From contig OZ220691.1 of NCBI GenBank assembly GCA_965116475.1, positions 1,760,001-1,824,000 on the forward strand: 64,000 nt of DNA. Direction: 5' to 3'. Source of the stretch: Gemmatimonadota bacterium (GTDB lineage: Bacteria; Gemmatimonadota; Gemmatimonadetes; Palauibacterales; Palauibacteraceae). Position numbers and translations under genes: made by a program. Below, piece by piece: positions 28,521-38,724 of the stretch. The first letter of the stretch is position 1. Each line of letters starts with the position of its first letter. Below the pieces are notes generated by a model, which was given only the letters and a program-made list of their open reading frames with translations, was not told the DNA's origin and ran no database searches.

Positions 28521-28550
28521 AGCGGCCCGCCATCCCGGCGGGCCGTTTTT
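28521..28550 (+). terminator. Intrinsic terminator
   Basis: GCGGCCCGCC-atcc-CGGCGGGCCG followed by TTTTT. Confidence 0.8.
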
Positions 28551-28673
28551 GTCAGGGGGAGCCGGGGCGCTCCGCTTGCATCGAGGGCGCCGGAACATCG
28601 AAGTTCGGTGTCGGGTCGCGGGTCCGGACCCGGGGTGAATGGGGTGGGGACGACGTGGGAAGGAGGCCTTCCG

Positions 28674-31055
28674 GTGCATGTTCAGCGGCGAATCCGGCGC
28701 CTTGCGCGCATCCACTGGGTTCGCGGTCCCTGGCTGGGATCGCTACTGACGCTCGTCCTGGCGTCCGCGCTCGGTGCGCAGGCCGGGAACGCGTCACGCC
28801 CGTCCGGCGCCGGCGAGGTCCCGGCGGCGGCAGACTCCGACATGCTGGAGCGGGCGCGGCGCCTTCTGGATGCCGGCATGCCCGTCTCGGCATCGGCGCT
28901 GCTGGCTCCCGCGCTCGCCGCGGGCGAGGTGGAGGGCGACGAGGCCGTGCTGCTGACGGCGCGAGCCTTCGCGGACCAGCGGGCCTGGGCCTCCGTACTG
29001 CGCCTCCTCTCGGAGCGTGAGGGCTCGACCCCGGCCGCGCGGTCGCAGGCCACCCTCCTCGTGGCGCGCGCGTACGCGGGGCTCGACAGCCTGACCCGGT
29101 CCGCGGCGCACTACCGTGCCTGGCTGGGCGCGGTCGACGGAGTGCCTCCGCTCCGCGCGCGGGTGGAGTTCGCCCGCGTGTCCTACCGGCGCTACCAGTG
29201 GTTCGACGCGCGGGACCAGCTCGCCCTCGCGGAACGCGAACACCCGGACCTCGCGCCGTGGTTGCGGCTCTCGCGCCTCTATGCCCTGGCGGAGGCCGAG
29301 GACCGGGACGCCTTCGCCCTCGCCGATTCGATCGTACGCGAGGGCCGCGTCCCGGCGGATTCGGCGCTCCTCCCGGCAGCCCGCCTGGCCTTCGAACTCG
29401 AGGATCCCGCACGCGGGGCCGCGCTCGCGAGCCGCGCCGGCCGGGGGGTCCGGAACGTCCTCGCCGCCCGGCACCTCGGACCGCACTACCTGGCGATCGG
29501 GGACTCCGCCTCGGCCGCGTCGGCCTTCGCGGATGCGATCGCGAGAGGCCTCCAGACGGCGGAGACGGGACCGGCGCTCCTCGCGCTCACGCGATCCTGG
29601 CGGACGCTGCGCGATGTCGGGCGCTCCGACACCCGCGCCGGGCGTCACTCCCGCGGCGCCGGCTATCTGGCGGAGGCGCTGGAACTCGCGCCGCCGGCCG
29701 AACGACCCGGCATCGCCGAATCGCTCGCATCGGCGTACATGGCGCTGGGCGCTCCCGGTCGGGCGGCGGAGGCGCTGGCCCCGTGGACGGGGGACCCCGC
29801 TTCCGTCACCGCGCCCCGGGCCTCGCTGTGGATGCTCGCCGCCAGCATCTATCGTGCGCTCGGCCGCCACGGGGACGCCGAGCAGGCGCACGAGACGGCC
29901 GCCCGCGGCTCCGGGGATGTCGCCGCCCGCGCCGCCTACCTCCTCGCCGACCTCGAACACGACGCCGGCCGCCCCGACGTCGCCGCGGAGGGCTTCGAGC
30001 GCTCCTACCGCGCGTTCCCGGAAGCGAGCTACGGGACGCGGTCGCTGGAACGGCTCGCGCTCCTCGCGTACCACGAAGGCCGCTACGATGAGGCGCGCTC
30101 GCTCCTCGCCGAATACCGCGAGCGCTACCCGGAGGGCGAATGGGTCCAGGGCGCGATCTACTGGGGCGGCAAGGTCGCCGAGGCGCTGGACGACGCCCGG
30201 GCCGCGAGCGCCTTCTACGCCCGCGCCCTCCGCTACAACCCGCTCGACTACTACGCCATCCTCGCCGAGCCCCGCACCGGCACGGATCGCGTGGCCACGA
30301 TCGGGCTGCGGGAGGAAGAGCCGCTGCCCGACCTCGATCCCATCCACGCGACCGCGCTCCGGCGCATGAACACGCTGCGAGAGGTGGGGTGGCCGGAGCG
30401 GGCGCGCCGGGAATACCGACGCGCCCGCGAGCGCGGGCCGTCCACGTACGGGGCGATCCTTGCCTTCGCCCACGCCCTCAACGAGGCGGAATGGACGCGG
30501 GAGGGGATTCGCGAAGGGTGGCGCGCGCAGGCGATTCGCGGCCGCTGGACCCGGCCGCTCCTCGAAGCGATCTATCCGCTGCCCTTCCGCGAGGCCCTCG
30601 TCGCCGCAGCCAGGCGGAACGGACTCCCGCCCCACTTCGTCGCCGGTCTCTCGCGTCGCGAGTCGATGTTCGACCCCGAGATCCGTTCCGTCGCCAACGC
30701 CATCGGTCTCATGCAGCTTCTGCCGGAGACGGCCCGCAACGTCTCCTCCCGCGCCGGTCTCTCAGGCTATCGCCGGCACCAGCTCACGGTCCCGCAGGTC
30801 AACCTGATGCTCGGGACCCGCTACCTGTCGGAAGTTCTCGGCCGCTTCGACGGCTTCGATATCGCGGGGATGATCTCCTACAACGCCGGTCCCCATCGCT
30901 ACACGCGCTGGCGCGATTTTCCCGAGTTCTCGGATGACGAAAAACTGGTCGAGCGGATCCCCTACCGGGAGACGCGCGAGTACGTGCGGGCCGTCACCGA
31001 ACTGGCCGAAATCTACCGTTTCCTGTACCCGGATCTGGGGGTCTCGAACCCCTGA
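28674..31055 (+). CDS. Soluble lytic transglycosylase (SLT domain) with TPR-like helical repeats
   Basis: C-terminal [22 protein letters not shown] and ETREYV motifs; signal-like N-terminus; start approximate. Confidence 0.88.
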   Translation: MHVQRRIRRLARIHWVRGPWLGSLLTLVLASALGAQAGNASRPSGAGEVPAAADSDMLERARRLLDAGMPVSASALLAPALAAGEVEGDEAVLLTARAFADQRAWASVLRLLSEREGSTPAARSQATLLVARAYAGLDSLTRSAAHYRAWLGAVDGVPPLRARVEFARVSYRRYQWFDARDQLALAEREHPDLAPWLRLSRLYALAEAEDRDAFALADSIVREGRVPADSALLPAARLAFELEDPARGAALASRAGRGVRNVLAARHLGPHYLAIGDSASAASAFADAIARGLQTAETGPALLALTRSWRTLRDVGRSDTRAGRHSRGAGYLAEALELAPPAERPGIAESLASAYMALGAPGRAAEALAPWTGDPASVTAPRASLWMLAASIYRALGRHGDAEQAHETAARGSGDVAARAAYLLADLEHDAGRPDVAAEGFERSYRAFPEASYGTRSLERLALLAYHEGRYDEARSLLAEYRERYPEGEWVQGAIYWGGKVAEALDDARAASAFYARALRYNPLDYYAILAEPRTGTDRVATIGLREEEPLPDLDPIHATALRRMNTLREVGWPERARREYRRARERGPSTYGAILAFAHALNEAEWTREGIREGWRAQAIRGRWTRPLLEAIYPLPFREALVAAARRNGLPPHFVAGLSRRESMFDPEIRSVANAIGLMQLLPETARNVSSRAGLSGYRRHQLTVPQVNLMLGTRYLSEVLGRFDGFDIAGMISYNAGPHRYTRWRDFPEFSDDEKLVERIPYRETREYVRAVTELAEIYRFLYPDLGVSNP

Positions 31056-31077
31056 GACGGTCTTTCCCGATGGCGTG

Positions 31078-31106
31078 TTGACGGGTCCGAATTGCCCGCA
31101 TAGCAT
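31078..31106 (+). promoter_or_regulatory. Sigma-70 promoter for the cold-shock gene (long 5' UTR)
   Basis: TTGACG-17 nt-TAGCAT, about 100 nt upstream of the start. Confidence 0.65.
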
Positions 31107-31203
31107 AGCAACGTCTCGTGTCCAGCGGCGCAGAAAAACGACGCACAAACAACTGTGCGGAGCGCCCGCAAACGCCCATCACCCGAGGTCCGCAGGAGGC
31201 AGG

Positions 31204-31410
31204 ATGCCATCAGGTACGGTCAAGTGGTTCAACGACTCCAAGGGGTACGGTTTCATCGAGCAGCCCGATGGCGGCGATGACGTCTTCGTGCACTATTCGT
31301 CCATCGACATGGACGGGTACAAGACGCTCGTCGAAGGGATGGCCGTGGACTACGAGTTCACGCAGGGCGACAAGGGCCTGCAAGCGACCCGCGTCGTGCG
31401 CACTGCCTGA
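31204..31410 (+). CDS. Cold shock protein (CspA family)
   Basis: [15 protein letters not shown] and DVFVHYS motifs; SD AGGAGG. Confidence 0.96.
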   Translation: MPSGTVKWFNDSKGYGFIEQPDGGDDVFVHYSSIDMDGYKTLVEGMAVDYEFTQGDKGLQATRVVRTA

Positions 31411-31442
31411 CCGCTGACCGGAGGCCATGGTCGGAGCCTCAC

Positions 31443-31475
31443 GCGCCCCGCCCCACCCGGCGGGGCGCTTTTCTT
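31443..31475 (+). terminator. Intrinsic terminator after the csp gene
   Basis: GCGCCCCGCC...GGCGGGGCGC followed by TTTTCTT. Confidence 0.85.
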
Positions 31476-31556
31476 GGTCGCCGGGCTTTGCCGCGAGCGG
31501 CCCCCCGACCATACTGGATGCCATGTTGACCAACCCCGACAGCCCGTGACCCCCGT

Positions 31557-34388
31557 GTGGCGGCGTCCGGCGTGGTGAAGCCCCGACAGGCCGCTCGCCC
31601 GTCGCTCTTCCTGCTCGATGGCTACGCGCTCATCTACCGCGCGTTCTTCGCCATGATCAACCGGCCGCTCACCACCTCGAGTGGCGAGAACACTTCGGCC
31701 CCCTACGGAATCGCCCGCTTCCTCATGCGGCTGATCGGCGATCACGCACCCGACTATCTCGGCGTCGCGTTCGATGCCGGCGACAGCTTCCGCACGGACA
31801 TCTACCCGGAGTACAAGGCCACGCGAGAGAAGATGCCCGACGAACTCCGGGCCTCGCTCCCCAGGTGCCGGGAGGTCTTCGACGCCTTCCGGGTGCCCGT
31901 CATCGAGGCCGAAGGGTGGGAGGCGGACGACGTCATCGGGACCCTCGCGCAGCAAGCCGCGGGCCAGGGTCTGCGCACCGTCATCGTCTCTGGAGACAAG
32001 GATTTCCATCAGCTCGTGGACGATCACACCGCGTTGCTGAATCCGGGCCGCGGCGGACCTGCCGGAGTGGAACAGGTGTGGGTGACGCCGGACAACGCCG
32101 AGGAGCGGTTCGGCGTGCCCCCCGAGCGCGTGACCGATTTCCTCGCGCTGCTCGGCGACGCATCCGACAACGTCCCCGGCGTGCCCGGCGTCGGGAAGAA
32201 GACCGCGCCCGCCCTCATCCGGCAGTTCGGCGACCTGGAGTCGATCCTGGCGCGAGCGGAGGAGATCACGGCGGCCCGGGCCCGAAACGCGCTCCTCAAG
32301 CATGCGGATGACGCTCGGCGATCGAGGCAGTTGGTGACGATCCGCACCGACGCGCCCGTGAACCTCGATCTCGAGAGCCTGCGGTCACGGCCGCTCGACA
32401 CCGGGAAGGCCACCTCCGTCTTCCGCGACCTCGAGTTTCACAACCTGCTGAGAGAGCTGGAGGCTCCGGCAACCGAGGCGGAGCGCTTTGCCCCCGAGGT
32501 GGAGGTCGTGGCCGACACGGATCGGCTGGGCGCCGTGCTGGCCGAATGCTCCCGGGCGCCGCGCATCGGACTTTTCGTGGCCGGCAGCTCCGACGATCCC
32601 CTCGGCGCCGACCTCGTCGGCCTGGCGCTCGCCGCCTCCGAGGACCGCGCCTTCTACCTGCCCCTCGGGCACCGGGCCCCCGAAGTCCAGCACGATGCGG
32701 CGGGGAACCCGACGCTTGCCTTCGATGCGGGCGAGCCGGTCGGCCTGCCGGCGATGACGTCGTCCGACATGCGGGGCCTGCACGACCTGCTCGCGTCGGA
32801 TGCGCCGAAACTCGGGCACGATCTCAAGTTCGCCGCCCAACTGCTGCGCCGGCACGGCGTCGAGCTGGGGGGGCTCGACGGGGGCCTCGATGGGGGCCTC
32901 GACGGGGGCGGCGCGTTCGACACGCAGATCTCCTCTTACTGCCTGGATCCGGCTCGCCGCGACCGCGCCCTTTCCACGCTCGGTCCCGACCGCCTGAACG
33001 TCTCGCTCGAGACGGGCGACGCCATCACCGGCACCGGACGGAACCGTCTCCCGCTGGCCTCGGTCGAGCCCGAGCGCGTCGCCGAGTGGGCCGGGCCGCG
33101 CGCCGCCCTCCTGCACCGCCTCGCGAAGGTCGACGAGGCCGACCTCGTGCGCACGGGCATGGGCCGCCTCTTCCGCGACGTCGAGATGCCGCTCGTCACG
33201 GTCCTCGCGAGCATGGAGCGGGCCGGCATCGCGATCGACCTCGACTTCTTCGCCGACCTGCGCGCCCGACTGCGCCGGGATCTCGACGCCGTGCGCTCGG
33301 AGATCCACAAGATCGCGGGCACCGAGGTCAACCTCCGTTCCGTCCCGCAGATGCGGGCGCTTCTCTTCGACCAGCTCGCGCTGCCCGTCCTCAAGAAGAC
33401 GAAGACCGGTCCCTCGACGGACGAGTCCGTACTGGAGCAACTCGCGGCCATGGGCCACGAACTCCCGCGCCTCATCCTCGAACACCGGGAGCTCGACAAG
33501 CTGGACGGGACGTACGTGAGCGTGCTCCCGCGGCTCATCGACGGCCGAGGGCGCATCCACACCCGCTTCAACCAGACGATCGCCGCGACGGGCCGGCTCT
33601 CCTCCTCGGACCCGAACCTGCAGAACATCCCCATCCGGCGGGCGCTGGGGCGCGAGATCCGGAAGGGGTTCGTCGCCGCCCCGGGCCACCTGTTCGCGGG
33701 GGCGGACTACTCCCAGATCGAACTCCGCGTCATGGCCCATCTCTCGGAGGACGAGGCGTTCGTGGACGCGTTCCGGGCGGAGCGCGACATCCACCGGGAA
33801 ACCGCGGCCCGGATCTTCGGCGTCGAGCCCGATGACGTCACGCCGACCATGCGCGAGCAGGCGAAGACGATCAACTTCGCGACCATCTACGGCCAGGGCC
33901 CGTTCGCCCTCGCCCGGCAGCTCGGCATCTCGCGCACGCAGGCGAGCGAGTTCATCGCCGGGTACTTCGAGCGGTTCGCGGGCGTCGCCGCGTACCTCGA
34001 GGAGATGAAGGAGCTGGCGCGGGACCGGAACTACGTCGAGACGCTGTTCGGGCGCCGCCGGTACATCCCCGAGATCCGGTCCAGGAACCCCGGGATTCGC
34101 GGCTACGGCGAGCGCACCGCGACGAACTCCCCCATCCAGGGGTCCGCGGCGGATCTCATCAAGGTGTCGATGATCCGGCTGCACGAGCGTCTCGCGGGAA
34201 GCGGGGCCCGCATGCTGCTGCAGGTGCACGACGAGTTGCTCATCGAGGCCCCGGAGTCCGATGTTGAAGCCATCGGCCAGACCGTGCGCGAGGAGATGGA
34301 GGGGGCCATCGAGCTGACGGTCCCCCTGCGCGTCGATCTCGGGATCGGCCGCAGCTGGTACGACTGCAAATTCGGGAAGGAAGCGTGA
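31557..34388 (+). CDS. polA: DNA polymerase I
   Basis: 5'-3' exonuclease motifs LLDGYALIYRAFFA and EADDVIG; polymerase motifs ADYSQIELR, AKTINFATIYG and LQVHDEL. Confidence 0.98.
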   Translation: MAASGVVKPRQAARPSLFLLDGYALIYRAFFAMINRPLTTSSGENTSAPYGIARFLMRLIGDHAPDYLGVAFDAGDSFRTDIYPEYKATREKMPDELRASLPRCREVFDAFRVPVIEAEGWEADDVIGTLAQQAAGQGLRTVIVSGDKDFHQLVDDHTALLNPGRGGPAGVEQVWVTPDNAEERFGVPPERVTDFLALLGDASDNVPGVPGVGKKTAPALIRQFGDLESILARAEEITAARARNALLKHADDARRSRQLVTIRTDAPVNLDLESLRSRPLDTGKATSVFRDLEFHNLLRELEAPATEAERFAPEVEVVADTDRLGAVLAECSRAPRIGLFVAGSSDDPLGADLVGLALAASEDRAFYLPLGHRAPEVQHDAAGNPTLAFDAGEPVGLPAMTSSDMRGLHDLLASDAPKLGHDLKFAAQLLRRHGVELGGLDGGLDGGLDGGGAFDTQISSYCLDPARRDRALSTLGPDRLNVSLETGDAITGTGRNRLPLASVEPERVAEWAGPRAALLHRLAKVDEADLVRTGMGRLFRDVEMPLVTVLASMERAGIAIDLDFFADLRARLRRDLDAVRSEIHKIAGTEVNLRSVPQMRALLFDQLALPVLKKTKTGPSTDESVLEQLAAMGHELPRLILEHRELDKLDGTYVSVLPRLIDGRGRIHTRFNQTIAATGRLSSSDPNLQNIPIRRALGREIRKGFVAAPGHLFAGADYSQIELRVMAHLSEDEAFVDAFRAERDIHRETAARIFGVEPDDVTPTMREQAKTINFATIYGQGPFALARQLGISRTQASEFIAGYFERFAGVAAYLEEMKELARDRNYVETLFGRRRYIPEIRSRNPGIRGYGERTATNSPIQGSAADLIKVSMIRLHERLAGSGARMLLQVHDELLIEAPESDVEAIGQTVREEMEGAIELTVPLRVDLGIGRSWYDCKFGKEA

Positions 34389-35647
34389 ACGCAGCACGGA
34401 TCGCCCTCATCGCCGGCACCTCGGCCGCGCTCGCGTGCGCGCCGCCGTCCACGCCCGACCGTGCCCCGCCGGAGGGGGTCGCGGACGGCTCCCCCGAGGC
34501 GCTGGTCGAGTCGTCTCTGATGCCGTCCGTCACGATTCGCGGCGAGCCCTTCGTACGATCCTCGCTCGCCGACCGCATGGCCGAACTGGGCGTGCCCGGC
34601 GTGAGCGTCGCCGTCCTGGTCGACGGCGAGATTGCCTGGGCCCGGGGCTACGGGCTCGCCGACGTCGAATCGGGTCGGCCCGTGACCCCGAACACGCTCT
34701 TCCAGGCCGCCTCCATCTCCAAGCCCGTGGCCGCGCTCGCCGCGCTGCGGCTCGTCGAATCGGGGCGCGTGGACCTCGATGGCGACGTCAACGCCTATCT
34801 CACGAGTTGGCAGGTGCCCGGGAACGAGTTCACGGCGCAGGCGCCCGTCACCCTGCGGGGGCTCCTCACGCACCGGGCCGGCCTCACCGTGTGGGGCTTC
34901 CCCGGGTACGGCCCGGTCGAGGAGGCGCCGGATGGGCCGGGCGTCCTCGACGGTCACGGCAACACGGACCCCGTGCGCGTCTACAAGGCGCCGGGGGAGA
35001 GCTGGCGCTACTCCGGCGGCGGGTACACCGTGATGCAGCAACTCGTGGCGGACATCCGCGGGAAGCCGTTCGCCGCGGTCATGCGCGAAGAAGTGCTCGA
35101 CCCGATCGGCATGTCACGCTCGACGTACGAGCAGCCCATTCCACCCGCGCGCCAGGACGACATCGCGACGGGCTACCGGGCGGACGGAGACCGCGTTGCC
35201 GGCGGGTGGCACACCTATCCGGAACAGGCGGCCGCCGGGCTGTGGACGACGCCGAGCGAACTCGCGCTTTACGCGCGGGAGATGCAGCGTGCCTGGAAGG
35301 GCGAGTCGACCCGCGTGCTGGGAGAAGCGCTCGCCCGGGAGATGCTGACGCCCGACGCGGACGACTGGGGGCTGGGCCCGGCGATCTCCGAGGACGGCGA
35401 ACGCTTCCGGCACGGCGGCTCGAACCAGGGCTTCCGCTGCACCTTCTCGGCGTACATCGACGGCGACGACGGCGTCTTCGTGATGACGAACTCCGACTCG
35501 GGGGGCGAGCTCGCGGCGGAGATCGCGATCACGGTGGCGCACGCGTACGGCTGGTCCGGACCCCGCGCCGAAGAGAGAGCGCCGGGCGAGGAAGGCACGG
35601 GAGAAGAAACCGGAGAAGGCACGGGAGAAGGCACAGAAAGGGAGTAG
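34385..35647 (+). CDS. Serine hydrolase, beta-lactamase-like (probable lipoprotein)
   Basis: Lipobox LAC, SxxK (ASISK), YSG and HGG motifs. Confidence 0.88.
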   Translation: MNAARIALIAGTSAALACAPPSTPDRAPPEGVADGSPEALVESSLMPSVTIRGEPFVRSSLADRMAELGVPGVSVAVLVDGEIAWARGYGLADVESGRPVTPNTLFQAASISKPVAALAALRLVESGRVDLDGDVNAYLTSWQVPGNEFTAQAPVTLRGLLTHRAGLTVWGFPGYGPVEEAPDGPGVLDGHGNTDPVRVYKAPGESWRYSGGGYTVMQQLVADIRGKPFAAVMREEVLDPIGMSRSTYEQPIPPARQDDIATGYRADGDRVAGGWHTYPEQAAAGLWTTPSELALYAREMQRAWKGESTRVLGEALAREMLTPDADDWGLGPAISEDGERFRHGGSNQGFRCTFSAYIDGDDGVFVMTNSDSGGELAAEIAITVAHAYGWSGPRAEERAPGEEGTGEETGEGTGEGTERE

Positions 35648-35653
35648 ATCACG

Positions 35654-36787
35654 ATGGCGTGGAACCAGACCCGACGAGATTTCGTGAAGACGTCCGCCCG
35701 AGCGGGCGGCGCGCTCGGCGTGCTCGGCGCCTTCGGCTCGGCCGCGTGCGCGGGGAGCACGGGGAGCGAGGGGGGCCCGCTCCGCATCCTCATCCTCGGC
35801 GGGACGCGCTTCATCGGTCCGCACCAGGTGAAGTACGCGCTCGACCGGGGCCACGAAGTGTCGATCTTCACGCGCGGGCAGACCGAGCCGCCGTTCTACC
35901 ACGACTACTTCGAGCGCGTCGAGCACCTGATCGGCGACCGGACGAGCGATCTTTCGGCGCTCGAGGGCCGGGAGTGGGACGCGGTGATCGACAACTCCGC
36001 CTCCTACCCGAGTTGGGTCGCATCGACGGCCGAACTCCTGCGCGACCAGGTCGACCGCTACCTCTTCGTCTCCTCCATCTCCGCCTACGCGGACTTCGCC
36101 ACAGTCGGGATCGACGAGGACTATCACGTCGGGCAGCTGTCGCCGGACGAGGCCGAGGACGACGGAGGATACGGACCCAGGAAGGCGCGCTGCGAGCAGT
36201 ACGCGCGCGACGCCTTCGGCGAGAACGCGTTCAACGTGCGCCCGGGGCTGATCATCGGGCCGGGTGACAACACGGACCGCTGGACGTACTGGCCCGTTCG
36301 GGTCGACCGCGGCGGCGAGGTGCTCGCCCCCAACACCCCCGCCGATCCGGTGCAGAACGTCGACGCGCGCGACCTCTCCGAGTGGATCGTGCGCCTCGTC
36401 GAGAGCCCCGGGAACGGGGGCACGTACAACGCCACGGGAGAAATACAGCAGTTCGGGGACATGCTGGAGGAGATCCGTGGAGCGCTCGACTCCGACGCCA
36501 CCTTCACCTGGGTGTCGACCGAGTTCATGCAGGAGCACGAGGTGGCGCCCTGGGGCCACATGACGAACTGGACGCCGCCCGAGGGGCCGACGGTGGGGAT
36601 GAACCAGGTCTCGGTGGCGGCGGCCGTGCAGGCCGGGCTCACGTTCCGCCCGCTCGCCGACACCGCCCGCGACACGGTCGAGTGGTGGAACTCGCTCCCC
36701 GAGGACCGCCGAGCCGAGCCCCGGGCCGGCCTCCCCGCCGAGCTGGAAGCCGAGGTCCTCGCCGCCTGGCACGCCAGTTCCGGCTAG
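35654..36787 (+). CDS. NAD-dependent epimerase/dehydratase (atypical SDR) with Tat signal
   Basis: TRRDFVK signal, ILILGGTRFIG and YGPRK. Confidence 0.85.
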   Translation: MAWNQTRRDFVKTSARAGGALGVLGAFGSAACAGSTGSEGGPLRILILGGTRFIGPHQVKYALDRGHEVSIFTRGQTEPPFYHDYFERVEHLIGDRTSDLSALEGREWDAVIDNSASYPSWVASTAELLRDQVDRYLFVSSISAYADFATVGIDEDYHVGQLSPDEAEDDGGYGPRKARCEQYARDAFGENAFNVRPGLIIGPGDNTDRWTYWPVRVDRGGEVLAPNTPADPVQNVDARDLSEWIVRLVESPGNGGTYNATGEIQQFGDMLEEIRGALDSDATFTWVSTEFMQEHEVAPWGHMTNWTPPEGPTVGMNQVSVAAAVQAGLTFRPLADTARDTVEWWNSLPEDRRAEPRAGLPAELEAEVLAAWHASSG

Positions 36788-36797
36788 CGCCGAAACC

Positions 36798-37505
36798 TTG
36801 AATACCCGGCTCGGCCCGCTGACGCTCACGGCTGCGCTCGTCGTGATGGCCGCGTGCGGTGATTCAGGGACCGAGCCGGCGCCGAGGCCGGAGCCCGAGC
36901 CCGAGCCGCCGCCCCCGACCGCGACGGCCACGGCGACGTACCGCGTGGTCTTCGAGGCGACGTGGAGCGCCTCCACGCACCCGACGAACTTTCCGGGCGG
37001 CGCCCACTTCTCGCCGCTCATCGGCGCCGTGCACAACGCCGGGGTGACCTTCTGGGCTCGGGATGGCACCGCCACGCCGGGGATCGAGAGCATGGCCGAA
37101 ACGGGCGGCACCTCCAGGCTGACGACGGAGATCCAGGCCGAAATCCCGGGGGGCGCGCTGGCGGTCATCAACGGTTCCGGGATCCGCAGCCCCGCCAGCA
37201 CGACGATTCAGGCGGTCGCGCTGCGCGAGGACTTCCCGCTCGTCACCCTCGTCACGATGATCGCCCCGAGCCCGGACTGGTTCGTGGGCGTGGCGGGCCT
37301 GTCGCTGCGCGACGACGAGGGAAACTGGGTAGAGGAACTCGAGGTCGTCCTCTACCCCTACGACGCCGGGACGGACAGCGGCCCGAGCTACACCTCGGCC
37401 AACGACGACACCCAGCCGCAGGAACCGATCCGCAGCCTGAGGGGCGAGAGCCCCTTCTCCGACGAACCCATCGGCACCTTCACCTTCACGCGGACCGACG
37501 GGTAG
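36798..37505 (+). CDS. Spondin_N domain lipoprotein
   Basis: Lipobox AAC, Pro/Glu linker, HFSPLIGAVH, MIAPSPDWFVGV and YDAGTDSG. Confidence 0.88.
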   Translation: MNTRLGPLTLTAALVVMAACGDSGTEPAPRPEPEPEPPPPTATATATYRVVFEATWSASTHPTNFPGGAHFSPLIGAVHNAGVTFWARDGTATPGIESMAETGGTSRLTTEIQAEIPGGALAVINGSGIRSPASTTIQAVALREDFPLVTLVTMIAPSPDWFVGVAGLSLRDDEGNWVEELEVVLYPYDAGTDSGPSYTSANDDTQPQEPIRSLRGESPFSDEPIGTFTFTRTDG

Positions 37506-37525
37506 CAGCCCCCCCCCCCGGGGCC

Positions 37526-37921
37526 TCACCCGAAGGTGAGTACGCCGATCCGCCGGATGCGTTCGAAGTGCGCGTCGGCCGTGAGGACGGTCGATCCGGT
37601 ATGCGCGGCGCACGCTGCGATCCAGGCGTCGTTTGCGGGGATCGGCGTCCCGGCCTTGCGCAGTTCCGTCACGATGTCGGCGTAGCACGCCGCCACATCC
37701 TCATCCACCTTCAGCACTTCGACCGGCGGACTGGCAAGGAAGTCCGACAGCTTCGCTTCGTTGTACTCCCGGCGCGCGCCCAACCGGAAGCCATAGCGCA
37801 ATTCGCCAATCACGATCGCCGGCACGCCCACCCACGCGCCCGAGTCCAGGACCTCGGCCAACCGGCGGTGCCCGCGACGAAAACGACTGTAGGCCGACGT
37901 GTCCAGGCAGTAACGCGTCAC
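37526..37921 (-). CDS. vapC: VapC PIN-domain toxin
   Basis: CLDTSAY, IGEL, NDAWIAA and LTAD acidic residues are intact; GTG start overlaps the antitoxin stop. Confidence 0.9.
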   Translation of the reverse strand: MTRYCLDTSAYSRFRRGHRRLAEVLDSGAWVGVPAIVIGELRYGFRLGARREYNEAKLSDFLASPPVEVLKVDEDVAACYADIVTELRKAGTPIPANDAWIAACAAHTGSTVLTADAHFERIRRIGVLTFG

Positions 37922-38163
37922 CGCCACATCTCTTCGTCGATCTCCTCGAACACCTTCGTGGCTTCCGTGAACTCGCGGTATTCCTCCTCGGTCCAGTCGC
38001 CGCCGAACCGCGCAAGGCCGTTGGACCTCGTCGTCCCCACCCCGAGGCTCTGCCTGAGCAGGTCGATCACGGTCCGATTGAGCGATTGGCCGCGCCGGCG
38101 TTTCTCGGCATTCAGCGCGCGCCCGAGTTCCGGCGGAATCTTCCTCACCGTCAGTGTCTTCAG
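37918..38163 (-). CDS. FitA/VapB-like ribbon-helix-helix antitoxin
   Basis: KTLTVRKIPPEL...GQSLNRTVIDLL with an acidic C-terminus. Start placed at CTG 38163, after AGGAGG. Confidence 0.8.
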   Translation of the reverse strand: MKTLTVRKIPPELGRALNAEKRRRGQSLNRTVIDLLRQSLGVGTTRSNGLARFGGDWTEEEYREFTEATKVFEEIDEEMWR

Positions 38164-38337
38164 CGGATCCCTCCTGGCCGTCCGTCGCAGAGCCCCGCTC
38201 ACGGACCGCCGGTGCATGCAAAATGTTACATCAGTTGCTGCCAAAATAGTGCATCATTGCGGGAGGTTCAACGACTGCGGGCCATCATCCGGGATCGGGC
38301 CGCTGCGACGGTTACCTGCCCGGGGACCGGGCGCGGG

Positions 38338-38724
38338 TCAGACGACGTCGTCGAGGAGGAAGAGGTCGGTGAGGAGCGCCCGCAGGTGGGACGAGGCGTT
38401 GAGGTTGTCGATCAGTTGGGAGCTGATCGTCTCCTGGGCGAGGACGATCCGTACGGCCGCGCCGGCCCGCGCGGCGTCCGCGGACGTGACGTCGATCATC
38501 TCGCCGTAGGCGCCCGCCGGTTCCAGCCCCTCCGCCGCCACCAGGCCGCCGAGGTCATCGGCCAGCGCCCGGAGCGCGGCATCGGCGCGGCTCAGGTACT
38601 CCCGCAACTGGCCGCCGACCTTCGAGGCTTCCTCCCGCTCGGCGCCGAGCGCGGCGTAGGAGAGGAAGAACTCGTACGCCTTTTCGAGGACTTCGATGTG
38701 AGCCTTCAGCTCTTCGCGGCTCAA
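38338..38724 (-). CDS. Hypothetical helical protein, last gene of the molybdoenzyme operon
   Basis: TTG start overlaps the cytochrome b stop; protein-like composition (IEVLEKAYEFFLSYAA...ISSQLIDNLNASSHLRALLTDLFL). Confidence 0.7.
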   Translation of the reverse strand: MSREELKAHIEVLEKAYEFFLSYAALGAEREEASKVGGQLREYLSRADAALRALADDLGGLVAAEGLEPAGAYGEMIDVTSADAARAGAAVRIVLAQETISSQLIDNLNASSHLRALLTDLFLLDDVV

